Positions 1 through 8,693 of a stretch of 31,458 bases of DNA are shown here, piece after piece. The number at the start of each line of letters is the position of its first letter. Position 1 is the stretch's first letter. A program made the position numbers and the translations under genes. The notes below the pieces were generated by a model. The model was given only the letters and a program-made list of their open reading frames with translations. It did no database searches and had not been told where the DNA came from. The stretch covers positions 1 to 31,458 of IMG/VR virus record IMGVR_UViG_3300037605_000008, one strand, 5' to 3'. This DNA comes from a virus. Its lineage: Duplodnaviria; Caudoviricetes.

Positions 1-52
1 ATCAAGTTAAAATTATACTTAATAGCCTCTTTTACAGGTATTTACAAAAATT

Positions 53-113
53 GGTGTAATAAAAAATGTATTAAATGGAATCTTTTTAAATTACTCTATT
101 CAATTATTACACC
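53..113. repeat. Candidate integrase arm-type sites, left end (GGTGTAATAA motif)
   Basis: GGTGTAATAAA at 53-63, TGTATTAAA at 67-75 and inverted TTATTACACC at 104-113; the same motif is clustered at the right end beside the integrase. Confidence 0.55.
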
Positions 114-370
114 TCATCTTTTTTGATTTTTGTTCCTGCCAATTCAAGTTTAATGTAAAAAATCAGATTTTCAGATTCATTCCTGAAAAATTCTGAATGT
201 CTAAAGGGTTCATTGTACCTTTTTTTTCTCAGGTACTGATTTAAACATTTACGGGTATTCCATCTACAGATTTTATCCAAATATGGTATAAATTCTGGAT
301 TTCTTTCAGTGTACTTGTTGAACTGCTTTTTTACAATTCTTTCAAAATTCAATAGTTCTTGTAGTATCAT
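107..370 (-). CDS. Hypothetical protein
   Basis: 87-aa ORF with a 4-bp overlap (ATGA) with the upstream polymerase-like gene; no motif recognised. Confidence 0.6.
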   Translation of the reverse strand: MILQELLNFERIVKKQFNKYTERNPEFIPYLDKICRWNTRKCLNQYLRKKRYNEPFRHSEFFRNESENLIFYIKLELAGTKIKKDEV

Positions 371-1944
371 ATTATATTTACCCCCATTCTTTCTAATTCA
401 GATGCAATAAAATCAAGCTTCTTATTTTCATCTGGATGATTCCTGTTAATATGATTTACAAAAATACCATTCCAGAAGATTGAATAATCTAACAGATTTA
501 TTTTTTTTAATCTGGTATTAACCGTTGCATAAGATCCAGTCAGATTATATACCCTATTTTTAATTAACTCTTCACTATGAAGATCAAAATCAATTGTTTT
601 AACTAATTCAGATATATCAGTGATTCCAATTCTTTTACCTTCATATTTCAAAGATTTCAAATCATTGTACTTTCTTTCAAATACATCTTGATCTACCATT
701 ATATCCTTGATAATTTTATCAATTTCTTGGTTTTCTATTTCACCAATCAAATCATATTCATCTACAGTTACTGTATATTCATCATTTACATTTAGTGTTG
801 CATTGATACCTTCCTTTGCAAAGGACTTTACTAAAGCTTCTGTAATGGTCTTAATTTCGCTTCTACCAGCATATAATGAATCGTGTACAGTCAGTACTTC
901 TTTCTGGTATTGAATTGAATTGAGTGCATTATATACTACTTGTGCTTCTTTATTCTGCATCAAGTGTGATAATACTTTATAATCATCTGATTTAATCTGA
1001 TTAATTACCCTTAATACTTGTGGGAATTTAGAACTGAATACTTCAGTTAGATAGGTATCATAATTACCTTTGGAAAAAATCAATTCAAACATCTTTTCCT
1101 TTAATTCCTTTCTATCTGTAATATCTGTATGATTCAATATAAATTCATAAAGTTTACCTGAAGTTGCCAAATCTTCAAATTTATCTGTAGATGGATCAAT
1201 TGATATATTTCTATTTTTCAGATAATCCTTTACAACAATAGATAAAAAAATCATTTGAGAATTCACAATATCAACAAAAGCTAGGTTTTCATTATTTAAT
1301 CTAACTTGATTCCTAATTGATTTAGGTAAATTTGAAAAATTGTTATATACCCTTTTACCTTTTTCACCTACTGTTTGAAATAGATTATTTTCTAACATAT
1401 CAAGAAATTTACTTTCATCTTCAGATAAATTATCTCTATCAATATGATCATATTGAAGGTTAGATAAAGATCTAAATAATCTGGATAGTATTTGAGTATC
1501 TTTTTCTACTCTTTTTGTCCTATCTTCAACTATTTTTTTTACAAATCTTGAATTTTTGAAGGTATAGAGTTTAGCACCCCTATTTTCAGTTAGAATATAT
1601 CCATTTGAAAAATTACCTATTGAAAACTTACTTACTAACTGAACTAATCCTATATCCTTTAGATTCTTTAGGATCTTTGGGTAATAATCACACCCTAATA
1701 ATTTATCTAATAATCTTGAATATAATCTACATACCTTTTCAGTCTTGTTGATTACTTCATTTGAATAGATTTTATCTATTATATAGAAATACTTTGGAAG
1801 GTGATTTTTAATGTGCTTTTCAGATACACCAATTTCTAATAATCTGTTGGTTAGATCTTCTGGTGATACAGTGGAAAAAAATTTTATTGTTTCATTATCT
1901 TTAGTCATTTGGGTAATTATTGTATTAAATATTATTCGTGTCAT
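367..1944 (-). CDS. Family A DNA polymerase / T7 RNA polymerase superfamily-like protein (TV-Pol-like), putative replication protein
   Basis: KRVYNNFSNLPKSIR, then motif A-like AFVDIVNSQ, motif B-like DRKELKEKMFELIF and motif C-like LTVHDSL; no exonuclease motifs seen. Confidence 0.7.
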   Translation of the reverse strand: MTRIIFNTIITQMTKDNETIKFFSTVSPEDLTNRLLEIGVSEKHIKNHLPKYFYIIDKIYSNEVINKTEKVCRLYSRLLDKLLGCDYYPKILKNLKDIGLVQLVSKFSIGNFSNGYILTENRGAKLYTFKNSRFVKKIVEDRTKRVEKDTQILSRLFRSLSNLQYDHIDRDNLSEDESKFLDMLENNLFQTVGEKGKRVYNNFSNLPKSIRNQVRLNNENLAFVDIVNSQMIFLSIVVKDYLKNRNISIDPSTDKFEDLATSGKLYEFILNHTDITDRKELKEKMFELIFSKGNYDTYLTEVFSSKFPQVLRVINQIKSDDYKVLSHLMQNKEAQVVYNALNSIQYQKEVLTVHDSLYAGRSEIKTITEALVKSFAKEGINATLNVNDEYTVTVDEYDLIGEIENQEIDKIIKDIMVDQDVFERKYNDLKSLKYEGKRIGITDISELVKTIDFDLHSEELIKNRVYNLTGSYATVNTRLKKINLLDYSIFWNGIFVNHINRNHPDENKKLDFIASELERMGVNII

Positions 1945-1958
1945 TTGGAGTTAATTAA

Positions 1959-1989
1959 AGTGAGGAGATTAATATATAACCCCCTCACT
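1959..1989 (-). promoter_or_regulatory. 13-bp hairpin in the leader of the polymerase-like gene
   Basis: Minus strand AGTGAGGGGGTTA-TATAT-TAATCTCCTCACT pairs fully with two G-U wobbles; ends about 15 nt before the ATG. Confidence 0.6.
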
Positions 1990-2052
1990 AATTTAACACA
2001 TTCAATTACCCCTAATGAACACTACAAAATTAATATAATTATATTAACCTTG

Positions 2053-2060
2053 CAAATATA
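2053..2060 (-). promoter_or_regulatory. Bacteroidota primary-sigma -7 element
   Basis: TATATTTG on the minus strand fits TAnnTTTG, upstream of 367..1944; a second match, TAATTTTG, lies at 2025-2032. Confidence 0.55.
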
Positions 2061-2190
2061 AATACTATAAAAAATAAAAAAGTACATTAATTTTATGTTA
2101 AAAAAACTAAATAATTTATATAATTATTGAAAAACACTGATATTTAATAAATAAGCAACATTTTTAACTTTATTTAGAATCTTTCTAAAT

Positions 2191-2466
2191 TTACAATAAT
2201 CTTTTTGGTCTTCTCATTTTTGCTTTTTCATATCGATCCAGAAGATCCTTTAAATCATCTCTAAATGCTTTTTCCTTAATCGGAAAACCAGCAGATTCAA
2301 ACATTTCATCTAATGCTTTAACAAGATCAGTTGGATATACTTCTTTTGAATAATGTGCAGCATCTGCTACGTGAATGAATTGATTATCAAATGTTTGAAA
2401 TACAATACCTTGATCAGATTTTTCCAATAAATCCAAACTTTCCTTTACTAGATTTTTAAATTTCAT
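2191..2466 (-). CDS. Hypothetical protein
   Basis: 91-aa ORF with normal composition and an AT-rich leader. Confidence 0.65.
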   Translation of the reverse strand: MKFKNLVKESLDLLEKSDQGIVFQTFDNQFIHVADAAHYSKEVYPTDLVKALDEMFESAGFPIKEKAFRDDLKDLLDRYEKAKMRRPKRLL

Positions 2467-2761
2467 ATTTTATTGATTTTAGATTTTCTGAATTTATTAA
2501 ATCTTCCTTAAATATCAATATTTGATTTAAGGGTATTTTTAGCCCCATACAGAAGAGTTTGTTTGAAATGATGTCAATATACAATCAATATATAAATCAT
2601 TGCTACAGTAGCTTTTTTTATAGCTTATTTAATAATCTTGATAAATAGATTATTATTTGTTACTTTGATTATTTAATATTATATAAAAACAAAATAAGGT
2701 AAATGTAATTTATTTATTTATAATATATATTATCAAAAAAATATAAAATAACAATAAGATT

Positions 2762-2843
2762 TATACCTTATGTACTCGGAGTTTTATAAATAAATAACAA
2801 TAATAAGAATAGAAGAATATATACCTTATGTACTCGGAGTTTT
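2762..2843. repeat. Two exact 24-bp direct repeats (candidate origin iterons or operator)
   Basis: TATACCTTATGTACTCGGAGTTTT at 2762-2785 and 2820-2843, inside a ~530-bp very AT-rich divergent intergenic region. Confidence 0.85.
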
Positions 2844-3002
2844 GAATGAATGATTAATCAAACTATATCAGTAAATAATGTGTATAATGAATGATATATA
2901 AGCAATTAATAATATTTAACAAAAAATTAACATTAAAACAGTATTTTTTAAATTTTCCAAGTATTTATAATTGAATAAAGATTAAAAATATATTTATAAA
3001 AA

Positions 3003-3539
3003 ATGAAAGTACAAGAACAATATGAAATTAATGAAGCAGAAATAGCTAAATCACTAATGGAATTATTCAAGATTAAAGAATTTAACATCTACTGTAATAA
3101 TGTTGATTATGCACCTATTGATATGGAATTTGATCATCAATCGGGAAAAAAATATATAGCAGAAATAAAGTGTAGACAAGAAATGAAGCTAGGTATGATG
3201 ATAGAGCAAAAGAAGTTAATAGAATTAATAAATTCAGCAAAAAAAGGTATAGAGGCTAGATATATTAATTATGTCGAATCAACGGATCAATTAATTATTT
3301 ATGATATAAATTCAAGATGGAATTTAGAATTTTTGAAAATATGGGAATTTCCAGAATATCCAGCTTATTATGAAAAAATTAAAGCTCAAAAATCTGAAGC
3401 CAACAAAGAAAGAAAATATAAAAATGTAATGTATTTATATTACAATCATTTCCAGACTAAAGATTATGTAATTGATAATTTTTCAAAAACATTAGAAAAT
3501 AATAATATTCAATTTAATTATAAAAAAATAACAAGATGA
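3003..3539 (+). CDS. PD-(D/E)xK nuclease-like protein
   Basis: YAPIDMEF...YIAEIKCR matches the D...ExK pattern. Confidence 0.6.
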   Translation: MKVQEQYEINEAEIAKSLMELFKIKEFNIYCNNVDYAPIDMEFDHQSGKKYIAEIKCRQEMKLGMMIEQKKLIELINSAKKGIEARYINYVESTDQLIIYDINSRWNLEFLKIWEFPEYPAYYEKIKAQKSEANKERKYKNVMYLYYNHFQTKDYVIDNFSKTLENNNIQFNYKKITR

Positions 3540-3757
3540 AAAAAATAACTAATATATTTGCAGGTACACTAGTTATCCTGTATTACTCAAGCTTAATCGG
3601 TGTGATATCAAGTATATATTACTTCTTGATTCCTTATATTACACTAATAGTAGAACCTAATGATTCATTATTGATATTGATTATATCTTTATTGATTTTT
3701 ACTATTTTACAGATCTTACTTTTTTATTATAACGTTAAAAAGAAATATGAACAATGA
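3536..3757 (+). CDS. Small membrane protein with two transmembrane helices
   Basis: Two hydrophobic stretches; overlaps both neighbouring genes. Confidence 0.6.
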   Translation: MKKITNIFAGTLVILYYSSLIGVISSIYYFLIPYITLIVEPNDSLLILIISLLIFTILQILLFYYNVKKKYEQ

Positions 3758-4238
3758 TTTAATAAATTTCATAAATGCACTGATAAACAAAAGATTACGA
3801 TATTTGAATAATATTAATAAAGATGATCTAACGGGTGATGTTATACTAGAAGTTCTTGAAAAGGGTATAGAGAAAGTAGAAGATAATCAATTAACAATTA
3901 ATGGTATAATTGCTTACCACATCAATAAAGCAATTAGGTATAACAAGAAAATATATAATTGGTCCGAAGATATTTATTTTGATATAAATCAAGAAAAAAA
4001 TGAATTATATGAATGTCAATATAATAAACTAGAAGAAATATTTAATTCATTTAAAAATGATAATCCAAAACTAAATCAAAAACATTTACATTTATTCGAG
4101 TTAATTAAAATAAATGGAATGAGTTACAAAGATATTGGTGATAATGTAAGTGATAGAAAAAGAGTTGAAAGAATATTTACCAAATTTAAAAATTACATCA
4201 AAGAAAAGAATATTAAACTAATTGATTTTTATGAATAA
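3747..4238 (+). CDS. Phage sigma70/ECF-like factor (putative late transcription activator)
   Basis: Region 2-like DDLTGDVILEVLEK and region 4-like LFELIKINGMSYKDIG helix-turn-helix; 163 aa. Confidence 0.55.
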   Translation: MNNDLINFINALINKRLRYLNNINKDDLTGDVILEVLEKGIEKVEDNQLTINGIIAYHINKAIRYNKKIYNWSEDIYFDINQEKNELYECQYNKLEEIFNSFKNDNPKLNQKHLHLFELIKINGMSYKDIGDNVSDRKRVERIFTKFKNYIKEKNIKLIDFYE

Positions 4239-4587
4239 TAGTTGGGGAAAAGATACTAAATTTTACAAATCAAAAGCTTGGAAAAATTTAAGAAATCAGA
4301 AAATAAATGATAATCCATTGTGTGAATTATGTTTACAACATTCCATTATAAATGAAGCTAAATATGTAGATCACATTTTAAATAGGCTAATATTTCCAGA
4401 TTTTGAATTGGAATATGATAATTTACAATCCTTATGCCCTACTTGCCATTCTCAAAAAACACAATTAGAAAGAACAATAAAAGATCCTGCATTGTATTTA
4501 AAATCAATGCAGGATGGTAAACTTCAATACATCTGTACACCTGAAGCGAAAAAAAGGTTATTTGATTTATTAACCAAATCCACCTGA
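4222..4587 (+). CDS. HNH endonuclease (terminase-associated, HK97 gp74-like)
   Basis: FYKSKAWKNLR, PLCELC, VDHI, NLQSLCPTCHSQKT; the start may be the ATG at 4231. Confidence 0.9.
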   Translation: MIFMNNSWGKDTKFYKSKAWKNLRNQKINDNPLCELCLQHSIINEAKYVDHILNRLIFPDFELEYDNLQSLCPTCHSQKTQLERTIKDPALYLKSMQDGKLQYICTPEAKKRLFDLLTKST

Positions 4588-5472
4588 ACCTGCACCACAA
4601 GATGTATAATTATTTATTTCAACAGTTCCATTACCGAAATTAGCTGAAGCTAGGAAAATATATTTAATATTATTGGCTGTATCTATCCAAGCATAATTAC
4701 CTGTTACTATATTAGTTGTACCTTGATTATCTGTATATAATGGTGCATTATTACCCAATGTAGATACATTACTAAATGCTGTAAATGCAGATCCAGTTAC
4801 ACTAGCACCACAAGATAATGAACCAATAGGATATATTAAATATCCATTAGGGAATGCAGGTGGTTGAAGTGTATTATCTGTAGCTGCAATAGTACCAGTT
4901 GGTGCAGGTTCGAAATAAGCATTTAAATCTGCAAATGGTGATGTACTCTGAACGAATACAGAATATGTAATATCTATTTCACTACCACCAGATGTAGATG
5001 GTGAAACATTATCCCAAGTTATTTCTATATATCTATTATCACTCTGACCAGTTGTCCAAGTAACATCTATTTGTTGCTCTGTACCCAAATCTAAATTAAT
5101 TGCAGCTTCAATTCTTAATGTTTGATTGAAGCCAACGAACCAATTAGGAATTAGAACCAAAGAAAAAGTAACATCATAATTAGAACCATTATCAATAAAG
5201 AATGCATCTATATTACTTATAGTAAATGTTCTTCTCGGATACGATCTAAATTGGCCTGTAGAATTTGGTAATGTTGTCCTTTTTGGGACAAACATATCTA
5301 ATTTTGCATTATTAACTATTGTTGCAAAGTTCTTAGTAACATTAGCAGGTGTACTAGATGTACCCTTTACTGCTGACTGTATTGAATTAAAATCACTTAT
5401 ATTATTTCCAGATGGATCTTGTGCATTCCCTTCGAAAATCTTAGCAAAACCAGTTGCAGGTATGAATCCCAT
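4570..5472 (-). CDS. Putative tail tip or receptor-binding accessory protein
   Basis: Last gene of the tail operon; G/S/T/N-rich, beta-strand-like composition. Confidence 0.55.
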   Translation of the reverse strand: MGFIPATGFAKIFEGNAQDPSGNNISDFNSIQSAVKGTSSTPANVTKNFATIVNNAKLDMFVPKRTTLPNSTGQFRSYPRRTFTISNIDAFFIDNGSNYDVTFSLVLIPNWFVGFNQTLRIEAAINLDLGTEQQIDVTWTTGQSDNRYIEITWDNVSPSTSGGSEIDITYSVFVQSTSPFADLNAYFEPAPTGTIAATDNTLQPPAFPNGYLIYPIGSLSCGASVTGSAFTAFSNVSTLGNNAPLYTDNQGTTNIVTGNYAWIDTANNIKYIFLASANFGNGTVEINNYTSCGAGSGGFG

Positions 5473-5501
5473 ATTTTATTTATTTTTTTATTTTATAATA
5501 A

Positions 5502-8500
5502 TTATTCAAATACAAAGTTAGTAGCAGTTACTACACCTTGATTATCAATTGTAAATACTCTATTACTAGCACTTGATAAATCACCAGATGTACCCACCGC
5601 AAAAAATGCATTACTAGAATTACCCCTACCCAAATATGTACTACCTGAAGTATTTGTTTCTAACCTAATTACAGCATTAGCATTTGTTCCTGTTCTCTTT
5701 CCATAATAAAGAATACCATCACTACCTTCAGCCCAAGAACGTGCAAATTTGACCTGTAATTCATCCATATTCAGCATATGCATCACTCTTCCATATGATC
5801 CCCAAGTACCATTGGTTCTATTCCTAATATATAATTCAGGCTGTGAACCTGTTGTACCAGTCATTAAAACACTTTCATATACTCCGCCTAATTGATGTCT
5901 GAAAGTTAATGTACTCCAATAATTAGCACCAGATGGTGCATTAGATGCCTGTAAACTTCCCGTATGAAACCTTGGTACAAATGCATCTGTTGTTATATTA
6001 TTCCAATTCGTAACAAAATTAGCTATTCTTGGATATCTGAAATCAATTACTGAAGTATCAAAATTAATAATAGGGTTACCACTCTGTCCATCGGCATTAG
6101 TAATAGTAATTCCTGTACCAGCAATTAATGATCTAGTACCTATAGTACCACCACTTCTATAAATTAAACCATTTGTTGCTAAAGAATGAAATGTCAATGC
6201 TTGGCCTGTTAATGATATAGTTCTATCAGATGTTAAATTACCACCACCAGCTAAACCAGTACCAGTATTAATTGATCTTGATGATAATGCATATCTACTA
6301 TCTAAATTAACTGAATTAATTCCTGTAATATGTCCATATGTATCAAGTGTTATATCTTGAATAACTGTACCATTTGAATTATTTACTGAACCTTGTGAAG
6401 AAGTATCTGAATGAGAAAATACAGTACCTGCTAATGATAATCCTGCACCTGCACTATATGTAGTATTAGTATCAGTTGCAGAAATAGTAATAGAATCAGA
6501 TGTAGTATTAGTTGTTATAGTAACATTAGTACCTGCTACTAAAGTTAAAGTATCATTGTTGTTATCTGCTACTACTGTACTTTGTCCAGATACAGCTATA
6601 TTTTTAAATATATTTTGGCTACTTCCCCTATCAGTATTAGAAAATACAGTACCAGCTAAAGATAATCCAGTACCTGCACTATATGTTGTGTTAGTATTTG
6701 TATCTGTTGATGATATAGTAATAGTATTAGTACTTGAATTGAATGATACTGAAGTTGCACCAGTACCTGCAAATCTAATACTATCATTATTTGAATCTGC
6801 TGAAAATTGTGTAGTACCAGCAGAATTAGCAATATTTTTAAATATATTTTGAGCTGATCCCCTATCAGTATTTGAGATTGTCAAATTACCAATAGATATT
6901 AATCTATTAATTCCAGATCCAGATAATGATATACCAGATCCACTTACAATTGAACCTTTACTAAATGCTGGTTCTGCACCTACATCTGAAGCTGTTAATG
7001 TTATTGAAGCTGTTAAATCACTTAATCCAGTTTGTGATAAAAATAATGTATTTCCTAAAAATGATATACCAGTTACAGATGCACCACCACCTATACCCCC
7101 TGTACCACCTTCACCATCAAAAATAAAGTTGGTTCCTGTGATATCTTCTGTAAATGTTTTTTCTCCTGTTATTGTCTGTGCAGTATCTAATGTTACATAG
7201 TTTGAATTTAAATAACCCAAATCAAGACCAATATTGATATTACCTGAAGATACTAATCTATTCGTTAATGTACCTGCACTTGTTATACCAGTACCTATAG
7301 TAATTGATCCTTTACTAAATGCAGATTCTGCACCAATATTAGCAGGTGTTAATACTCTAGTGGTAATACCTGTAACAGATCCAATTGTATTTGTGGTTAT
7401 ACTCGCTAATACAGTTGCACCAGTTAATGTAGGATTCAAAGCAGTATATGTAGGGTGTACATAGTTATTAGCATTTGCTTCTATATTATCCAATTTAAGC
7501 TTGTCTGAAGCACTCATAGCACCAGCTATAGTAGTAGATGCTAATGCAAGTGATAATACTTGATCAACTAAAGAAAGTCCATTAGTAGAAGTACCAAGTG
7601 TTACAGGTAAATGTAACTGTGATTCATCTGCTTTATTATTTAAAGCAGTTTGTAAACCAGTAATTTTATTTATTGATAAAGCAGGTATATCACCTTCAGT
7701 TAAAGTTATTGAAGCTGTTAAATCACTTAATCCTGTTTGACTTAGTGATAGTGTAGTACCAACAAATGATATACCAGTTACAGATGCTCCACCACCTATA
7801 CCACCAGATCCACCTTCACCATCAAATATAAAGTTAGTACCTGTAATATCCTTTGTAAATGTTTTTTCACCTGTAATGGTTTGATCTGTATCAATAGTAA
7901 CATAATTACCTGTAAGATATCCTAAATCTAATCCAATATTAATATTACCAGTATTAACCAATCTACCAGTTAATGTACCTGCACTTATTAAACCAGTACC
8001 TATAGTAATTGATCCTTTAGAAAATGCTGGTTCTGCACCTATGTTTGATGCTGTAATTGGTCTGGTAGTCCAATCCGTAATATGACCTAATGAATCTACT
8101 TGAAGATTAGAAATTACTACATTACCTGAAAGATTTGATTTAGATGTCCAAGATGATAATGGATGTACATAGTTATTTGCATTCGCTTCTATATTATCCA
8201 ATTTAAGCTTGTCTGAAGCACTCATTGCACCAGCTATACTTGTAGATGCTAATGCTAAAGAAAGTTCACCAGATACCAAAGAAAGACCGTTAGCAGGTGA
8301 ACCAATACTAATAGATGTACCAGCATTATCTAATGCAGTTTGTAAACCAGTAATTTTATTTATTGACAAAGCAGGTATATCACCTTCGGTTAATGTAAAT
8401 GTTGCAGATAAATCACTTAATCCTGTTTGACTTAGTGATAATGTTGTACCCAAAAAAGATATTGAAGTTACTGAAGATCCACTACCATCTATACCCCCTG

Positions 8501-8693
8501 TATCACCTTCACCATTGAAGATGAAATTATCTGAATATGTTACACCAGATACAGTTAAATCAGCATTCCACACTTCCCACTTTTCCACAAAATTACCAGT
8601 GGTAACAATACTGTTATTACCTGTATTATTAACATTAGAATCTTCAGTTGTTCTAAATTTAAATTTAGGTGTAATATTTATATTATAACTCAT
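5502..8693 (-). CDS. Tail fibre protein with internal repeats
   Basis: G/S/T-rich; repeated AGAMSASDKLKLDNIEANANNYVHP, INKITGLQTAL, TYSAGxGLSL and QTITGEKTF fibre motifs. Confidence 0.85.
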   Translation of the reverse strand: MSYNINITPKFKFRTTEDSNVNNTGNNSIVTTGNFVEKWEVWNADLTVSGVTYSDNFIFNGEGDTGGIDGSGSSVTSISFLGTTLSLSQTGLSDLSATFTLTEGDIPALSINKITGLQTALDNAGTSISIGSPANGLSLVSGELSLALASTSIAGAMSASDKLKLDNIEANANNYVHPLSSWTSKSNLSGNVVISNLQVDSLGHITDWTTRPITASNIGAEPAFSKGSITIGTGLISAGTLTGRLVNTGNINIGLDLGYLTGNYVTIDTDQTITGEKTFTKDITGTNFIFDGEGGSGGIGGGASVTGISFVGTTLSLSQTGLSDLTASITLTEGDIPALSINKITGLQTALNNKADESQLHLPVTLGTSTNGLSLVDQVLSLALASTTIAGAMSASDKLKLDNIEANANNYVHPTYTALNPTLTGATVLASITTNTIGSVTGITTRVLTPANIGAESAFSKGSITIGTGITSAGTLTNRLVSSGNINIGLDLGYLNSNYVTLDTAQTITGEKTFTEDITGTNFIFDGEGGTGGIGGGASVTGISFLGNTLFLSQTGLSDLTASITLTASDVGAEPAFSKGSIVSGSGISLSGSGINRLISIGNLTISNTDRGSAQNIFKNIANSAGTTQFSADSNNDSIRFAGTGATSVSFNSSTNTITISSTDTNTNTTYSAGTGLSLAGTVFSNTDRGSSQNIFKNIAVSGQSTVVADNNNDTLTLVAGTNVTITTNTTSDSITISATDTNTTYSAGAGLSLAGTVFSHSDTSSQGSVNNSNGTVIQDITLDTYGHITGINSVNLDSRYALSSRSINTGTGLAGGGNLTSDRTISLTGQALTFHSLATNGLIYRSGGTIGTRSLIAGTGITITNADGQSGNPIINFDTSVIDFRYPRIANFVTNWNNITTDAFVPRFHTGSLQASNAPSGANYWSTLTFRHQLGGVYESVLMTGTTGSQPELYIRNRTNGTWGSYGRVMHMLNMDELQVKFARSWAEGSDGILYYGKRTGTNANAVIRLETNTSGSTYLGRGNSSNAFFAVGTSGDLSSASNRVFTIDNQGVVTATNFVFE
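6880..8530 (-). repeat. ~700-bp module repeated about 2.3 times in the tail fibre gene
   Basis: NFIFxGEG starts near 8530, 7835 and 7130; near-identical DNA at ~7458-7517 and ~8166-8225. Confidence 0.85.

Noticed and set aside
2762-2843. 24-bp repeats with a 34-bp gap as a CRISPR mini-array
   Set aside because: The gap is low-complexity and resembles the sequence before the first copy, so it looks like a tandem duplication; no CRISPR-like termini.
2960-2970. 11-nt match AGTATTTATAA to the sequence following the distal repeat (possible second guide)
   Set aside because: Too short and AT-rich to distinguish from chance.
4570-8693. Diversity-generating retroelement or invertible fibre cassette
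   Set aside because: No reverse transcriptase or invertase recognised; the repeats are in-frame protein modules, not adenine-specific TR/VR pairs.
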